Part shown: piece by piece, positions 43,771-51,484 of the stretch | Numbering within the stretch: the first letter of the stretch is position 1 | Layout: each line of letters begins with the position of its first letter | Assembly: GCA_963847725.1 (NCBI GenBank) | Contig: CAWKAT010000004.1 | Location: forward strand, 106,627 to 170,626 | DNA: 64,000 bases | From: an uncultured Acidimicrobiaceae bacterium | Lineage (GTDB): Bacteria > Actinomycetota > Acidimicrobiia > Acidimicrobiales > RAAP-2 | Direction: 5' to 3' | The notes under the pieces: generated by a model | What the model saw: only the letters and a program-made list of their open reading frames with translations | Database searches by the model: none | What the model was told of the DNA's origin: nothing | Position numbers and translations under genes: made by a program

Positions 43771-44549
43771 AGTCGCTGGAGGTCTCACTTCGAGCCCTGC
43801 GCGACGGCGGACGAAAGGCCCTGGTGCCGTATTTCGTCGCCGGTGCCACCCATGACTGGGTTCGTCACGTGCAAGCGGCGGCGCTCGGCGGGGCGGACGC
43901 CATCGAGATCGGGATTCCCTTCTCCGACCCGATGATGGACGGCGTGGTGATTCAAGAGGCGGGCCTGCGGGCCCTGCACGCGGGGACCACTTTGGAATCG
44001 GTCGGTCGAGATCTGGCCGTCCTCGACACTGAGATTCCCCTCATCGCGATGACGTACTACAACATCTTCCTTCACTACGGCCTCGAGCGCAGCGCCGGAC
44101 GCCTGCGAGAGTTCGGCATCTCGGGGGCCATCGTTCCCGATCTCTCGCTCGAAGAGTCCCCCGAGTGGACCGTCGCCTGCGCCGCCCGGGACGTCGCGAC
44201 CATCTTCCTCGTGGCGCCGTCGACGCCACCCGCGCGCGTCGAGGAGGTGGCCGAGCGCAGCGAGGGGTTTCTCTACGCGTCGGCCCGCATGGCCGTGACC
44301 GGGGCCAGTAGCGACGAGGGCGACGCCGCACGGGTGGTGGCGAACGTGCGCGACGTCAGTGACCTGCCGACGTACGTCGGGATCGGGATCACGCTCCCCG
44401 AGCAGGCGGCCCGCACGGCCATGGTCAGTGACGGCGTGATCGTCGGCTCCGCTCTCGTCAAAGTAATTCTTGACGGCGCGAGCGCTCACGACGTTGAAAA
44501 ATTTGTGCGATCGTTTCGTGACGCCATTGACGAGGCGCCAAAAACCTGA
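43767..44549 (+). CDS. trpA: tryptophan synthase alpha chain
   Basis: 260 aa with [27 protein letters not shown] and YVGIGI. ATGA overlap with trpB. Confidence 0.92.
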   Translation: MKSLEVSLRALRDGGRKALVPYFVAGATHDWVRHVQAAALGGADAIEIGIPFSDPMMDGVVIQEAGLRALHAGTTLESVGRDLAVLDTEIPLIAMTYYNIFLHYGLERSAGRLREFGISGAIVPDLSLEESPEWTVACAARDVATIFLVAPSTPPARVEEVAERSEGFLYASARMAVTGASSDEGDAARVVANVRDVSDLPTYVGIGITLPEQAARTAMVSDGVIVGSALVKVILDGASAHDVEKFVRSFRDAIDEAPKT

Positions 44550-44561
44550 GAAGTTTCTTCG

Positions 44562-44602
44562 CGACGGCCACGGCCTCTTTGCCTGGTAAAGCCGTCGTTT
44601 TT
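44562..44602 (+). terminator. candidate intrinsic terminator after trpA
   Basis: A 7-bp stem pairs CGACGGC (44562..44568) with GCCGTCG (44591..44597), followed directly by TTTTT (44598..44602), 13 nt after the trpA stop. The 22-nt loop is long, so confidence is moderate. Confidence 0.45.
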
Positions 44603-44633
44603 AAAGGTTTTCGCGACATGGCACGATTACTTT

Positions 44634-44649
44634 TGTGAAGGGTGTCACA
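44634..44649. promoter_or_regulatory. CRP/GlxR-type palindromic box TGTGA-N6-TCACA
   Basis: The exact sequence is TGTGAAGGGTGTCACA, in the AT-richer 204-nt spacer about 105 nt upstream of the satP ATG. Both half-sites match the consensus perfectly. Confidence 0.45.
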
Positions 44650-44753
44650 TGTTTGGACGAAATAGTCCAACAAGGCTGGTCCGCCCTGGTGTTTAATTCC
44701 TATCGGGCCTCCATCGCGGGGGTCGCCTGTAATCCTTAATTGGGGGGAAATAA

Positions 44754-45323
44754 ATGCCTGAAGAAAGAGTTGCGGACCCCGGTCCATTAGGACTCGCTGG
44801 GTTCGCCATGACGACGTTCGCTCTCAGTTCGTGGAATGCCGGTATTTGGCACGGAGCGGGCCTGGAGGCGGCGCTGGCGTTGGCATTCTTCTATGGAGGG
44901 CTTGCACAGTTGCTGGCCGGTATGTGGGAGTTTGTGCGCAAGAACACCTTCGCGGCCCTCGCGTTTACGTCATACGGCGCGTTCTGGCTGGCGTTCTATG
45001 CACTGATCAAGTTCGACCTCCCCGGCGGCGGATCGGACACCGTGCCGATCTTCTTGCTGGGTTGGACGATCTTCACGGTGTACATGACCTTTGCGGCGAC
45101 CAAGACGAACAACGCGGTCTTGACCGTGTTCGTACTGCTGTCCATCACGTTCATTCTTCTCACCATTGGTAACTGGGGGACGACGCACACCTTTACGGAC
45201 ATCGTGAAGGCGGGCGGATGGGTTGGACTCGCGACGGCCGCGGCGGCGTGGTACGCGTCGGCGGCGGGGGTGACAAACGCCACCCACGGCAAAGTTGTGT
45301 TCCCGGTGGGTCCACGAGGCTAA
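44754..45323 (+). CDS. acetate uptake transporter family protein (GPR1/FUN34/YaaH, SatP-like)
   Basis: 189 aa with six hydrophobic helices. The family signature ADPGPLGLAGFAMTTF is near the N-terminus, and YGAFW is present. Confidence 0.85.
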   Translation: MPEERVADPGPLGLAGFAMTTFALSSWNAGIWHGAGLEAALALAFFYGGLAQLLAGMWEFVRKNTFAALAFTSYGAFWLAFYALIKFDLPGGGSDTVPIFLLGWTIFTVYMTFAATKTNNAVLTVFVLLSITFILLTIGNWGTTHTFTDIVKAGGWVGLATAAAAWYASAAGVTNATHGKVVFPVGPRG

Positions 45324-45360
45324 CGTAGAGGTCACTGGTGGCTTGCCACCGGACCCAACC

Positions 45361-45400
45361 GCCAACAGCGCCCGTGCCACTAGGTACGGGCGCTGTTGGC
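45361..45400 (+). terminator. perfect 15-bp stem hairpin (U-tail-less terminator or attenuator candidate) between satP and acs
   Basis: GCCAACAGCGCCCGT (45361..45375) pairs perfectly with ACGGGCGCTGTTGGC (45386..45400) around a 10-nt loop. No T-run follows. Confidence 0.4.
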
Positions 45401-45500
45401 ATCTACGCGCTAACGAGAACTACTCTCAACCTAAGTCGCGTGGACACACCACAGATCTGAATTAACAATTTTTTTCATAGACCGCTTGAAGGGGTACGTC

Positions 45501-47471
45501 ATGAGTGAAGCAAAGTTAGAAGCGTGGCTGGATGAGACGCGTAGTTTCCCGCCGACAGAGGAGTTCGCCAAGCAGGCCAACGCGCAACCATCCATCTACG
45601 CCGAGGCCGACGCCGATCCGCTGGCCTATTGGCGCAAGCAGGCCGATCGCCTGAGCTGGACGAAAGAGCCGACCAAGATTCTCGAGTGGGATCTGCCTTT
45701 TGCGAAGTGGTTTAGCGACGGCACGCTCAACGCGTCCTACAACTGTGTTGATCGCCACGTTGAAGCCGGCAAGGGCGACAAGGTTGCGTACCACTGGGTG
45801 GCTGACGCCGAGGGCGAGTCGCGCACCATCACGTACGGCGAGCTTCAGAAGATGGTCGCCAAGGCCGCGAACGGTCTGAGCGAACTCGGCGTGAAGTCCG
45901 GCGACCGCGTGGCCGTCTACATGCCGATGATTCCCGAGGCCATCGTGACGATGCTGGCGATTGTCCGCCTCGGGGCCATGCACTCGGTGATCTTCGCCGG
46001 TTTCTCCGCGGACTCTCTGTCGAGTCGCATCCTCGACTCGGACTGCCAGGTGGTCGTCACCGCCGACGGGGCGTTTCGCCGCGGCGTGGCGAGCCCCCTG
46101 AAGCCGGCGGTCGACGAGGCCCTCAAGAGCTGTCCCAACGTCCGCGCCGTCTTGGTGGTGCAACGCACGAAAGGCGACGTCGAGTGGGTGGAAGGTCGCG
46201 ACCACTGGTGGCACGAGCTGGTCGAGAAGCAGAACGACACGCACGCCTACGAGTCCTTCGAGGCCGAGCACTCGATGTTCATCATGTACACCTCGGGAAC
46301 CACGGCCAAGCCCAAGGGCATCTTTCACGCGACGGGCGGCTACCTGACCCAGGCCGCGACGACCTACTACAACATCTTCGACGTGAAGCCCGACACCGAC
46401 GTGTGCTGGACGGCGGCCGACATCGGCTGGATCACCGGACACAGTTACATCGTCTATGGACCGCTGATCAACGGCGTGACCTCGGTGATGTACGAAGGTC
46501 TGCCCGACTCCGGCGGTCGCGATCGCTGGTGGAAGATCATCGAAGAGAACAAAGTCACGATTCTCTACACCGCCCCGACGACCATTCGCACGCTCATGAA
46601 GTGGGGACACCAACACCCCGGTGGTCACGACCTCACCAGTCTGCGGCTGTTGGGAACGGTGGGCGAGCCCATCAACCCCGAAGCCTGGATCTGGTACCGC
46701 GAGCACGTGGGTGGCGACCGCTGTCCGATCGTGGACACCTGGTGGCAGACCGAGACCGGGGCGATCATGATCTCGCCCTTGCCCGGCATCACGGCGACCA
46801 AGCCCGGCGCGGCCATGAAGGCGTTGCCGGGCATCTCGGTCGACGTGGTCGACAACGAGGGCAAGAGCGTCGGCAACAACTCGGGTGGGTACCTGGTGAT
46901 CACTCAGCCGTGGCCCTCGATGACCCGAGGTATCTACGGCGACCCCGAGCGCTTCAAGGAGACGTACTGGGCCCGTTTCCCCGGCATGTACTTCGCCGGC
47001 GACGGTGCCAAACGCGACGCCGACGGCGACCTCTGGTTGCTCGGTCGCATCGACGACGTCATGAACATCTCGGGACACCGACTCTCGACCACCGAAGTGG
47101 AGCACGCTCTGGTGGGCTACCCCGGGGTAGCCGAAGCCGCCGTGGTGGGCGCCACCGACGACACCACCGGCCAAGCGATCGTCGCCTTCGTCACGTTGAA
47201 GCTCTCGGCGGACGAGGCGGAAGAAGACCACACGGCGACGATCAACGCGCTGCGCGACCACGTCGCCAAGGTCATCAGCCCCATCGCTAAGCCCCGTCAG
47301 ATCATCTTGACGCCGGAACTGCCGAAGACTCGTTCGGGCAAGATCATGCGACGACTGTTGCGCGACGTGGCGGAGAACCGACCGCTCGGCGACGTCACGA
47401 CTCTGATGGACCCCACGGTCGTCAACGCCATCGCCGGGTTGATGACCGAGAGCTCGGCCGACGAGGAGTAG
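45501..47471 (+). CDS. acs: acetyl-CoA synthetase
   Basis: I chose ATG 45501 because GAAGGGG lies upstream; the track ORF starts at TTG 45486. Motifs seen are YTSGTTAKPKG, WWQTETG, DDVMNISGHRL and PKTRSGKIMRR. Confidence 0.95.
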   Translation: MSEAKLEAWLDETRSFPPTEEFAKQANAQPSIYAEADADPLAYWRKQADRLSWTKEPTKILEWDLPFAKWFSDGTLNASYNCVDRHVEAGKGDKVAYHWVADAEGESRTITYGELQKMVAKAANGLSELGVKSGDRVAVYMPMIPEAIVTMLAIVRLGAMHSVIFAGFSADSLSSRILDSDCQVVVTADGAFRRGVASPLKPAVDEALKSCPNVRAVLVVQRTKGDVEWVEGRDHWWHELVEKQNDTHAYESFEAEHSMFIMYTSGTTAKPKGIFHATGGYLTQAATTYYNIFDVKPDTDVCWTAADIGWITGHSYIVYGPLINGVTSVMYEGLPDSGGRDRWWKIIEENKVTILYTAPTTIRTLMKWGHQHPGGHDLTSLRLLGTVGEPINPEAWIWYREHVGGDRCPIVDTWWQTETGAIMISPLPGITATKPGAAMKALPGISVDVVDNEGKSVGNNSGGYLVITQPWPSMTRGIYGDPERFKETYWARFPGMYFAGDGAKRDADGDLWLLGRIDDVMNISGHRLSTTEVEHALVGYPGVAEAAVVGATDDTTGQAIVAFVTLKLSADEAEEDHTATINALRDHVAKVISPIAKPRQIILTPELPKTRSGKIMRRLLRDVAENRPLGDVTTLMDPTVVNAIAGLMTESSADEE

Positions 47472-47477
47472 TCGACC

Positions 47478-48890
47478 CTACGAGTCGAAACCGAGATTGA
47501 AGAAGTCGAGGAGTCGTAGCCACAGGTTGCGACGACCGCCGTTCTCGTCGGCCCTCTCAATGGATCGCTGAGTCAGTCGAATGAACAGCCAGCGAAAGGG
47601 TTCGGGCGGGAACGGCATCGGCTTTTTGCGGACCATGGCGAGGGCCGTTCGCTCGGTGGTGCGACCGTCCAGCAGATCCAACATGACCGCGGCGCCGAAT
47701 CGGGTAGAGGCGACGCCGAGCCCGGTGTAGCCCATGACGTAGGCGGCCTTACCGCTGTAGGCCGTGCCCCAAAAAGGAGAGAATCGCGTGCAGGTGTCAA
47801 TGGCCCCGCCCCAGGCGTGGGTGAACTTGATGCCCGACAACTGGGGGAAGGTCGTCAAGAAGTGACTCGCCAGTTTGGCGTAGGTCACGGCGTTGAACTC
47901 AAAGTCTCGCCGGGCCTTGCCCCGGAACTTGTAGATCGTGTCGTAACCGCCCCACAGGATGGAGTTGTCCTTGGTGAGCCGGTAGTAGTGAAACTGATTG
48001 CCCGCGTCCGCCACGCCCTCGCGGCTACTCCACCCGATACTCGCCATCTGCTCGTCGCTCAGGGGCTCGGTGACCAGGGCGTAGTCGTAGACCGCCGCGA
48101 CGTAGCGACGGGTCTGGCGAATGAGTGAGGGAAAGACGTTGGTCGCCAGCGCCACCTTGGCGGCCGTGACGGCGCCGTAGGGGGTGTGAACACGGACGCC
48201 GTGCTCCACGTCCTCGAGCCGCTCGACCTTGGAGTTCTCAAAGATGCGCACCCCGAGTGACGTACAGGCCCGCTCCAGTCCCCACACCAGTCGCGCGGGG
48301 TCGACGAGGGCGGTGCCGTCAATGTCAAAGAGCGCGCCTTCGTAGGAGGGGGAGTGGATGCGAGCTTGCACCTGCTCCTTGGTGAGCACCTCGACGTGAT
48401 CACCCATGTCGTTGCGAAGCCGCGCCTCCTCGGCCATACCCTCAAACTGCCACGGGGCGACGGCCACTCGAAGTTCGCCGGTGCGTTCCCAATCGCACTC
48501 GATCCCGTAGCGTTTGATCGTCGCTTCGATCTCGTCCAGGTTCTCGCGGGCCAGGCGCTCGATGACGGGCATCTCGTGGGCGAACCGATTCATGCCGTTA
48601 TTGAACCCGTGCGTGAGCGACGCACTGCAGAAACCGCCGTTACGGCCCGAGGCACCAGCGCCCGTCTCGTACTGTTCGACCACGATGACCTCGCGCGAGG
48701 GATCCTGCTCTTTCGCCAACAACGCGGTCCACAGTCCCGTGTAGCCGGCGCCCACGATGCACAGGTCCGCGCCCAGGTCGCCGATCAGCGCGGGGTGCGG
48801 TTGGGGTTCTAGCGGGTCAGAGTCCAGCCACCACAGTTCGGGCTGCACTTCGGCGAGGTGGCGTAGAACGAAGGTGTCCTTCTTCTCCAT
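47478..48890 (-). CDS. FAD-dependent oxidoreductase (DAO family, PuuB/sarcosine-oxidase-like)
   Basis: I chose ATG 48890 (MEKKDTFVLRHL...). The dinucleotide motif is DLCIVGAGYTGLWTAL. The 53 upstream codons of the track ORF are Arg/Thr/Val-rich and look non-coding. Confidence 0.8.
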   Translation of the reverse strand: MEKKDTFVLRHLAEVQPELWWLDSDPLEPQPHPALIGDLGADLCIVGAGYTGLWTALLAKEQDPSREVIVVEQYETGAGASGRNGGFCSASLTHGFNNGMNRFAHEMPVIERLARENLDEIEATIKRYGIECDWERTGELRVAVAPWQFEGMAEEARLRNDMGDHVEVLTKEQVQARIHSPSYEGALFDIDGTALVDPARLVWGLERACTSLGVRIFENSKVERLEDVEHGVRVHTPYGAVTAAKVALATNVFPSLIRQTRRYVAAVYDYALVTEPLSDEQMASIGWSSREGVADAGNQFHYYRLTKDNSILWGGYDTIYKFRGKARRDFEFNAVTYAKLASHFLTTFPQLSGIKFTHAWGGAIDTCTRFSPFWGTAYSGKAAYVMGYTGLGVASTRFGAAVMLDLLDGRTTERTALAMVRKKPMPFPPEPFRWLFIRLTQRSIERADENGGRRNLWLRLLDFFNLGFDS

Positions 48891-49160
48891 GTTGTGTCCA
48901 GCCGAACGCTGGGTCACCCTCTCTAGGTAGACGTGCTCGCGCACTTCGCGAATCGGGGTTCTCACCCGGTCGGTCACCTCCGATTCTACCGGCGAGGTCT
49001 TCGTGCGCACGTCTCTCGGACCCCTAAAGCCGGGCGAGCACGTCGTCACCGAGATCGATGATCTTGGTGACTTCGCCGCGCCGCGGCGTAACCCTTCTCA
49101 TCCACCGTTTTCGCACCGTGGCTCACTAGCGTTGGTGCAAATGCGACGTCGGCACAGAAG

Positions 49161-49931
49161 GTGACCCGGTACGTAGGTTTCGATCTGGAAACGACCGGCG
49201 TTAGTTCGTTCCTGGACGTTCCCGTCTCGTACAGCTTTGTGGAACGAGTCGACGACGGCTCACGGCTCCTCTCCGTGTTTGAGGGCGGACTGGTCAACCC
49301 GGGCCGAGAGATTCCCCCTGGAGCCTGCGCCATTCACGGCATCACCGACGACATGGTCGTGGACGCCACGCCGTTGGCGGAAGCCCTGGAAGTGATCGTG
49401 AAGAGGCTCTTTGACGTCTGGCGCGACGGCGGGGTGATCGTGGGCATGAACGTCAGCTACGACCTCACCATGGTGGACTCGTTGTGTCGCCGTTTCGGCC
49501 GCGCCACGCTGCAACAGCGAGGCCCGGTGGGGGCGGTGATGGACGTACTGGTGCTCGATCGGCACTTCGATAAATGGCGTAAAGGCTCTCGCAAGCTGAC
49601 TGACCTGTGCGCCCACTACGAGGTCACCCTCGCCAACGCCCACTCGGCCGCCTACGACGCCGAGGCCAGTCTGGTGGTCCTTGAAACGATGCGGCGTCGC
49701 TACCCAGATCTCGATCTGCTCGAGGGAACGCGAGCCAACGTGGCCCTGCGTTCGTGGTACCAGGACTGGCTCGCCAGCTTCTCTCGCTACCTCGAGAAGA
49801 AGGGCGAAGCACCCATACCGGCCGGCCGATACGAGTGGCCGATCCACGTTGATGACGAGTCTTTGGTCGGGCTGGGGAGATTTGAACTCCCGATCTCTCG
49901 GCCCCCAGCCGAGCGCTCTAGACCAAACTAA
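49161..49931 (+). CDS. DEDDh 3'-5' exonuclease (DnaQ-like domain protein)
   Basis: 256 aa, GTG start. ExoI is FDLETTG, ExoII is NVSYDLTMV and ExoIII is HSAAYDAEA. The last 22 codons (49864..49931) are antisense to tRNA-Pro. Confidence 0.8.
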   Translation: MTRYVGFDLETTGVSSFLDVPVSYSFVERVDDGSRLLSVFEGGLVNPGREIPPGACAIHGITDDMVVDATPLAEALEVIVKRLFDVWRDGGVIVGMNVSYDLTMVDSLCRRFGRATLQQRGPVGAVMDVLVLDRHFDKWRKGSRKLTDLCAHYEVTLANAHSAAYDAEASLVVLETMRRRYPDLDLLEGTRANVALRSWYQDWLASFSRYLEKKGEAPIPAGRYEWPIHVDDESLVGLGRFELPISRPPAERSRPN

Positions 49932-49942
49932 GCCACAGCCCG
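49864..49942 (-). tRNA. tRNA-Pro (anticodon GGG), CCA encoded
   Basis: I hand-folded the minus-strand sequence CGGGCUG UG GCUU AGUUUGGUCUA GAGC G CUCGG CUGGGGG CCGAG AGAUC GGGAG UUCAAAU CUCCC CAGCCCG A CCA. It has a 7-bp acceptor stem, a 4-bp D stem, a 5-bp anticodon stem and a 5-bp T stem. U33, G37 and the T-loop UUCAAAU are present, and the anticodon is GGG. Confidence 0.9.
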
Positions 49943-49969
49943 CGAAGGAACAATCCTACTCGGGGGACC

Positions 49970-50125
49970 TCACATGGCTGGACGGTGCGAACCGTGCGAC
50001 TGGTCAGGGTGGGTTAGCCAGGCCCGAGCCTCACACAGGTACGCGATGCTTTCGCCCGTCGATTTCGCTTCCAGTGACTCGAGGATTCGCTTATCCAACG
50101 CCGCCAGTATCTCCTCGACCGCCAT
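49970..50125 (-). CDS. hypothetical small protein (51 aa) downstream of thiS
   Basis: ATG 50125 is preceded by TAAGGAGAACGAGA, with the thiS stop TAA embedded in the Shine-Dalgarno. The product is MAVEEILAALDKRILESLEAKSTGESIAYLCEARAWLTHPDQSHGSHRPAM. I recognise no family. Confidence 0.4.
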   Translation of the reverse strand: MAVEEILAALDKRILESLEAKSTGESIAYLCEARAWLTHPDQSHGSHRPAM

Positions 50126-50136
50126 TCTCGTTCTCC

Positions 50137-50331
50137 TTATCCTCCGGCCGCAGCCGTGACTATTTCTACCTGAGCACCGTCGTGAAGTTTCGTCTCGCTC
50201 CACGCGCCGCGGCGAACCACGTCGCCGTCGAGGGCGACGGCGATGCCGCGCGGTTCGATGCCGCGACGGCTCAGAAGCTCCTCCACCGACTCATCGATGA
50301 ACGGTTCTTCGATGCCGTTCACCCGAATCAC
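50137..50331 (-). CDS. thiS: sulfur carrier protein ThiS
   Basis: 64 aa from GTG 50331, which forms a GTGA overlap with the thiO stop. The sequence VIRVNGIEEPF ... VALDGDVVRRGAWSETKLHDGAQVEIVTAAAGG ends in the obligatory C-terminal Gly-Gly. Confidence 0.8.
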   Translation of the reverse strand: MIRVNGIEEPFIDESVEELLSRRGIEPRGIAVALDGDVVRRGAWSETKLHDGAQVEIVTAAAGG

Positions 50332-51404
50332 GAGAAGCTTCTCGCGAACGCGCGCGCCTCGAGAGAACTCAAGGGCGCCAAGGTGACCCCGTGTCGGTAG
50401 TGACCGGACAACCAGGCCCACCGTTCGTCCACCACCTCGAGGAAGGGCGCCAGATCCTTGCTGGCCGGGCGAAGACCCTGTCGGGTCTCGACCAGGTGGG
50501 CCGTCTCGAGCGCCGGAACGAGATCGAGCGCGTCTCGCAGGAGCCGTTGGAGTTCTCCGACCTCGACCCCGAGCTCGCCTTGCTCATCGGACGACGCCCC
50601 CACCACGCAGTACCCACCGGGCCGACTGACCAGGTACAGCGAACGTCCTCTCACGTACGCGCGCAGTACCGGCTGGCCCGAGCGGTCGATGCCTCGCACG
50701 CGCAGGGTCATCCCGCGGACCGGGCGGACCGTGTTCGCCACTCGTTGGGCGACCCCCTCGGGCAGCGGACGAGCTCCGGTCGCGAGGATGCCGATATCGC
50801 CGTGGTAGACCTCGCTCGACGTCGTGACCTCGACGTGTCCGCCCGACGCTCTGGCGCTCACCACGTTCTCGCGCACCAGCGTGACGCCCAGACGTTCGTT
50901 CGCGCGCTCGAGGAGATTCATCACGTGGTCGGGATCGACCCAGGCGTCATCGGCGAAGTACAGACCCTCACGGACTCGTGCGGTGACGCCGTCGAAGTAG
51001 GCCTTCGCCCCGTCGCGAGTGACGCGCTCGCCGACCGCGCCGAACTCGTCGGCCACTAGATCAAACTGCTCCACCAGACGGCGATCGCTCGCGTCGAACC
51101 CCACCAGAAGCGTTCCGGTCCGAACGATCGCGAGTTCCTCACCCGTCACGTCGTGCAGCTCCGCGGCGAGTCCTCGCCACGCCTGCAGCGCGTCGCGCTG
51201 ACGCAGATAGTTCTCGTGCTCGCCCGGCGAGATCTCACCGCTGGGGGCGATCATCCCGGCCGCGGCCCACGTGGCGCCGCCGCCCGGCGTGGGATCGAAG
51301 AGGGTGACTCGCCACTCGTCACGGGCGAGACGAAAAGCGCTCGACATGCCGATCACGCCACCGCCGACCACGAGGGCGCTTCCGCGCGTCGGTCCCAATC
51401 TCAC
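50328..51404 (-). CDS. thiO: glycine oxidase ThiO
   Basis: 358 aa with the FAD motif ALVVGGGVIGMSSAF and the C-terminal GHYRHGVTLAP typical of ThiO. It is coupled to thiS. Confidence 0.85.
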   Translation of the reverse strand: MRLGPTRGSALVVGGGVIGMSSAFRLARDEWRVTLFDPTPGGGATWAAAGMIAPSGEISPGEHENYLRQRDALQAWRGLAAELHDVTGEELAIVRTGTLLVGFDASDRRLVEQFDLVADEFGAVGERVTRDGAKAYFDGVTARVREGLYFADDAWVDPDHVMNLLERANERLGVTLVRENVVSARASGGHVEVTTSSEVYHGDIGILATGARPLPEGVAQRVANTVRPVRGMTLRVRGIDRSGQPVLRAYVRGRSLYLVSRPGGYCVVGASSDEQGELGVEVGELQRLLRDALDLVPALETAHLVETRQGLRPASKDLAPFLEVVDERWAWLSGHYRHGVTLAPLSSLEARAFARSFS

Positions 51405-51484
51405 CCTCCCAGCGTACGGCGAAGGAGAAAGTCGACGGTTCGGTATAGTTGTGTCGGGTCAGCGTTGCCCCATGACAAAACGCT

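Noticed and set aside
45516-47261. 581-aa ORF antisense to acs. The same applies to 21301..22731 (antisense to recN), 54701..55723 (gltB), 30056..31069 (tyrA), 5841..6797 (hpnH), 57631..58284 (acyl-CoA ligase) and 26156..27142 (off-frame over the M50 protease gene on its own strand, then antisense to trpS)
   Set aside because: All overlap genes with unambiguous conserved motifs, either on the opposite strand or in another frame. All have Arg/Gly/Pro/His-rich composition and lack start-site signals. I treat them as GC-driven spurious ORFs.
49046-49333. 95-aa minus-strand ORF bridging the 270-nt spacer and the exonuclease start
   Set aside because: It overlaps the exonuclease N-terminus, which carries the conserved FDLETTG motif, on the opposite strand. 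It has no Shine-Dalgarno and its composition is biased.
51405-51484. Possible TPP riboswitch upstream of thiO (minus strand)
   Set aside because: Only 80 nt are available before the divergent gltB start. The minus-strand sequence has GGGGC…GCUGA…CGAACC…GCUGGGAGG fragments. It lacks the CUGAGA and ACCUGAUCNGG / CCNGCGNAGGGA core and the pairing expected for RF00059.
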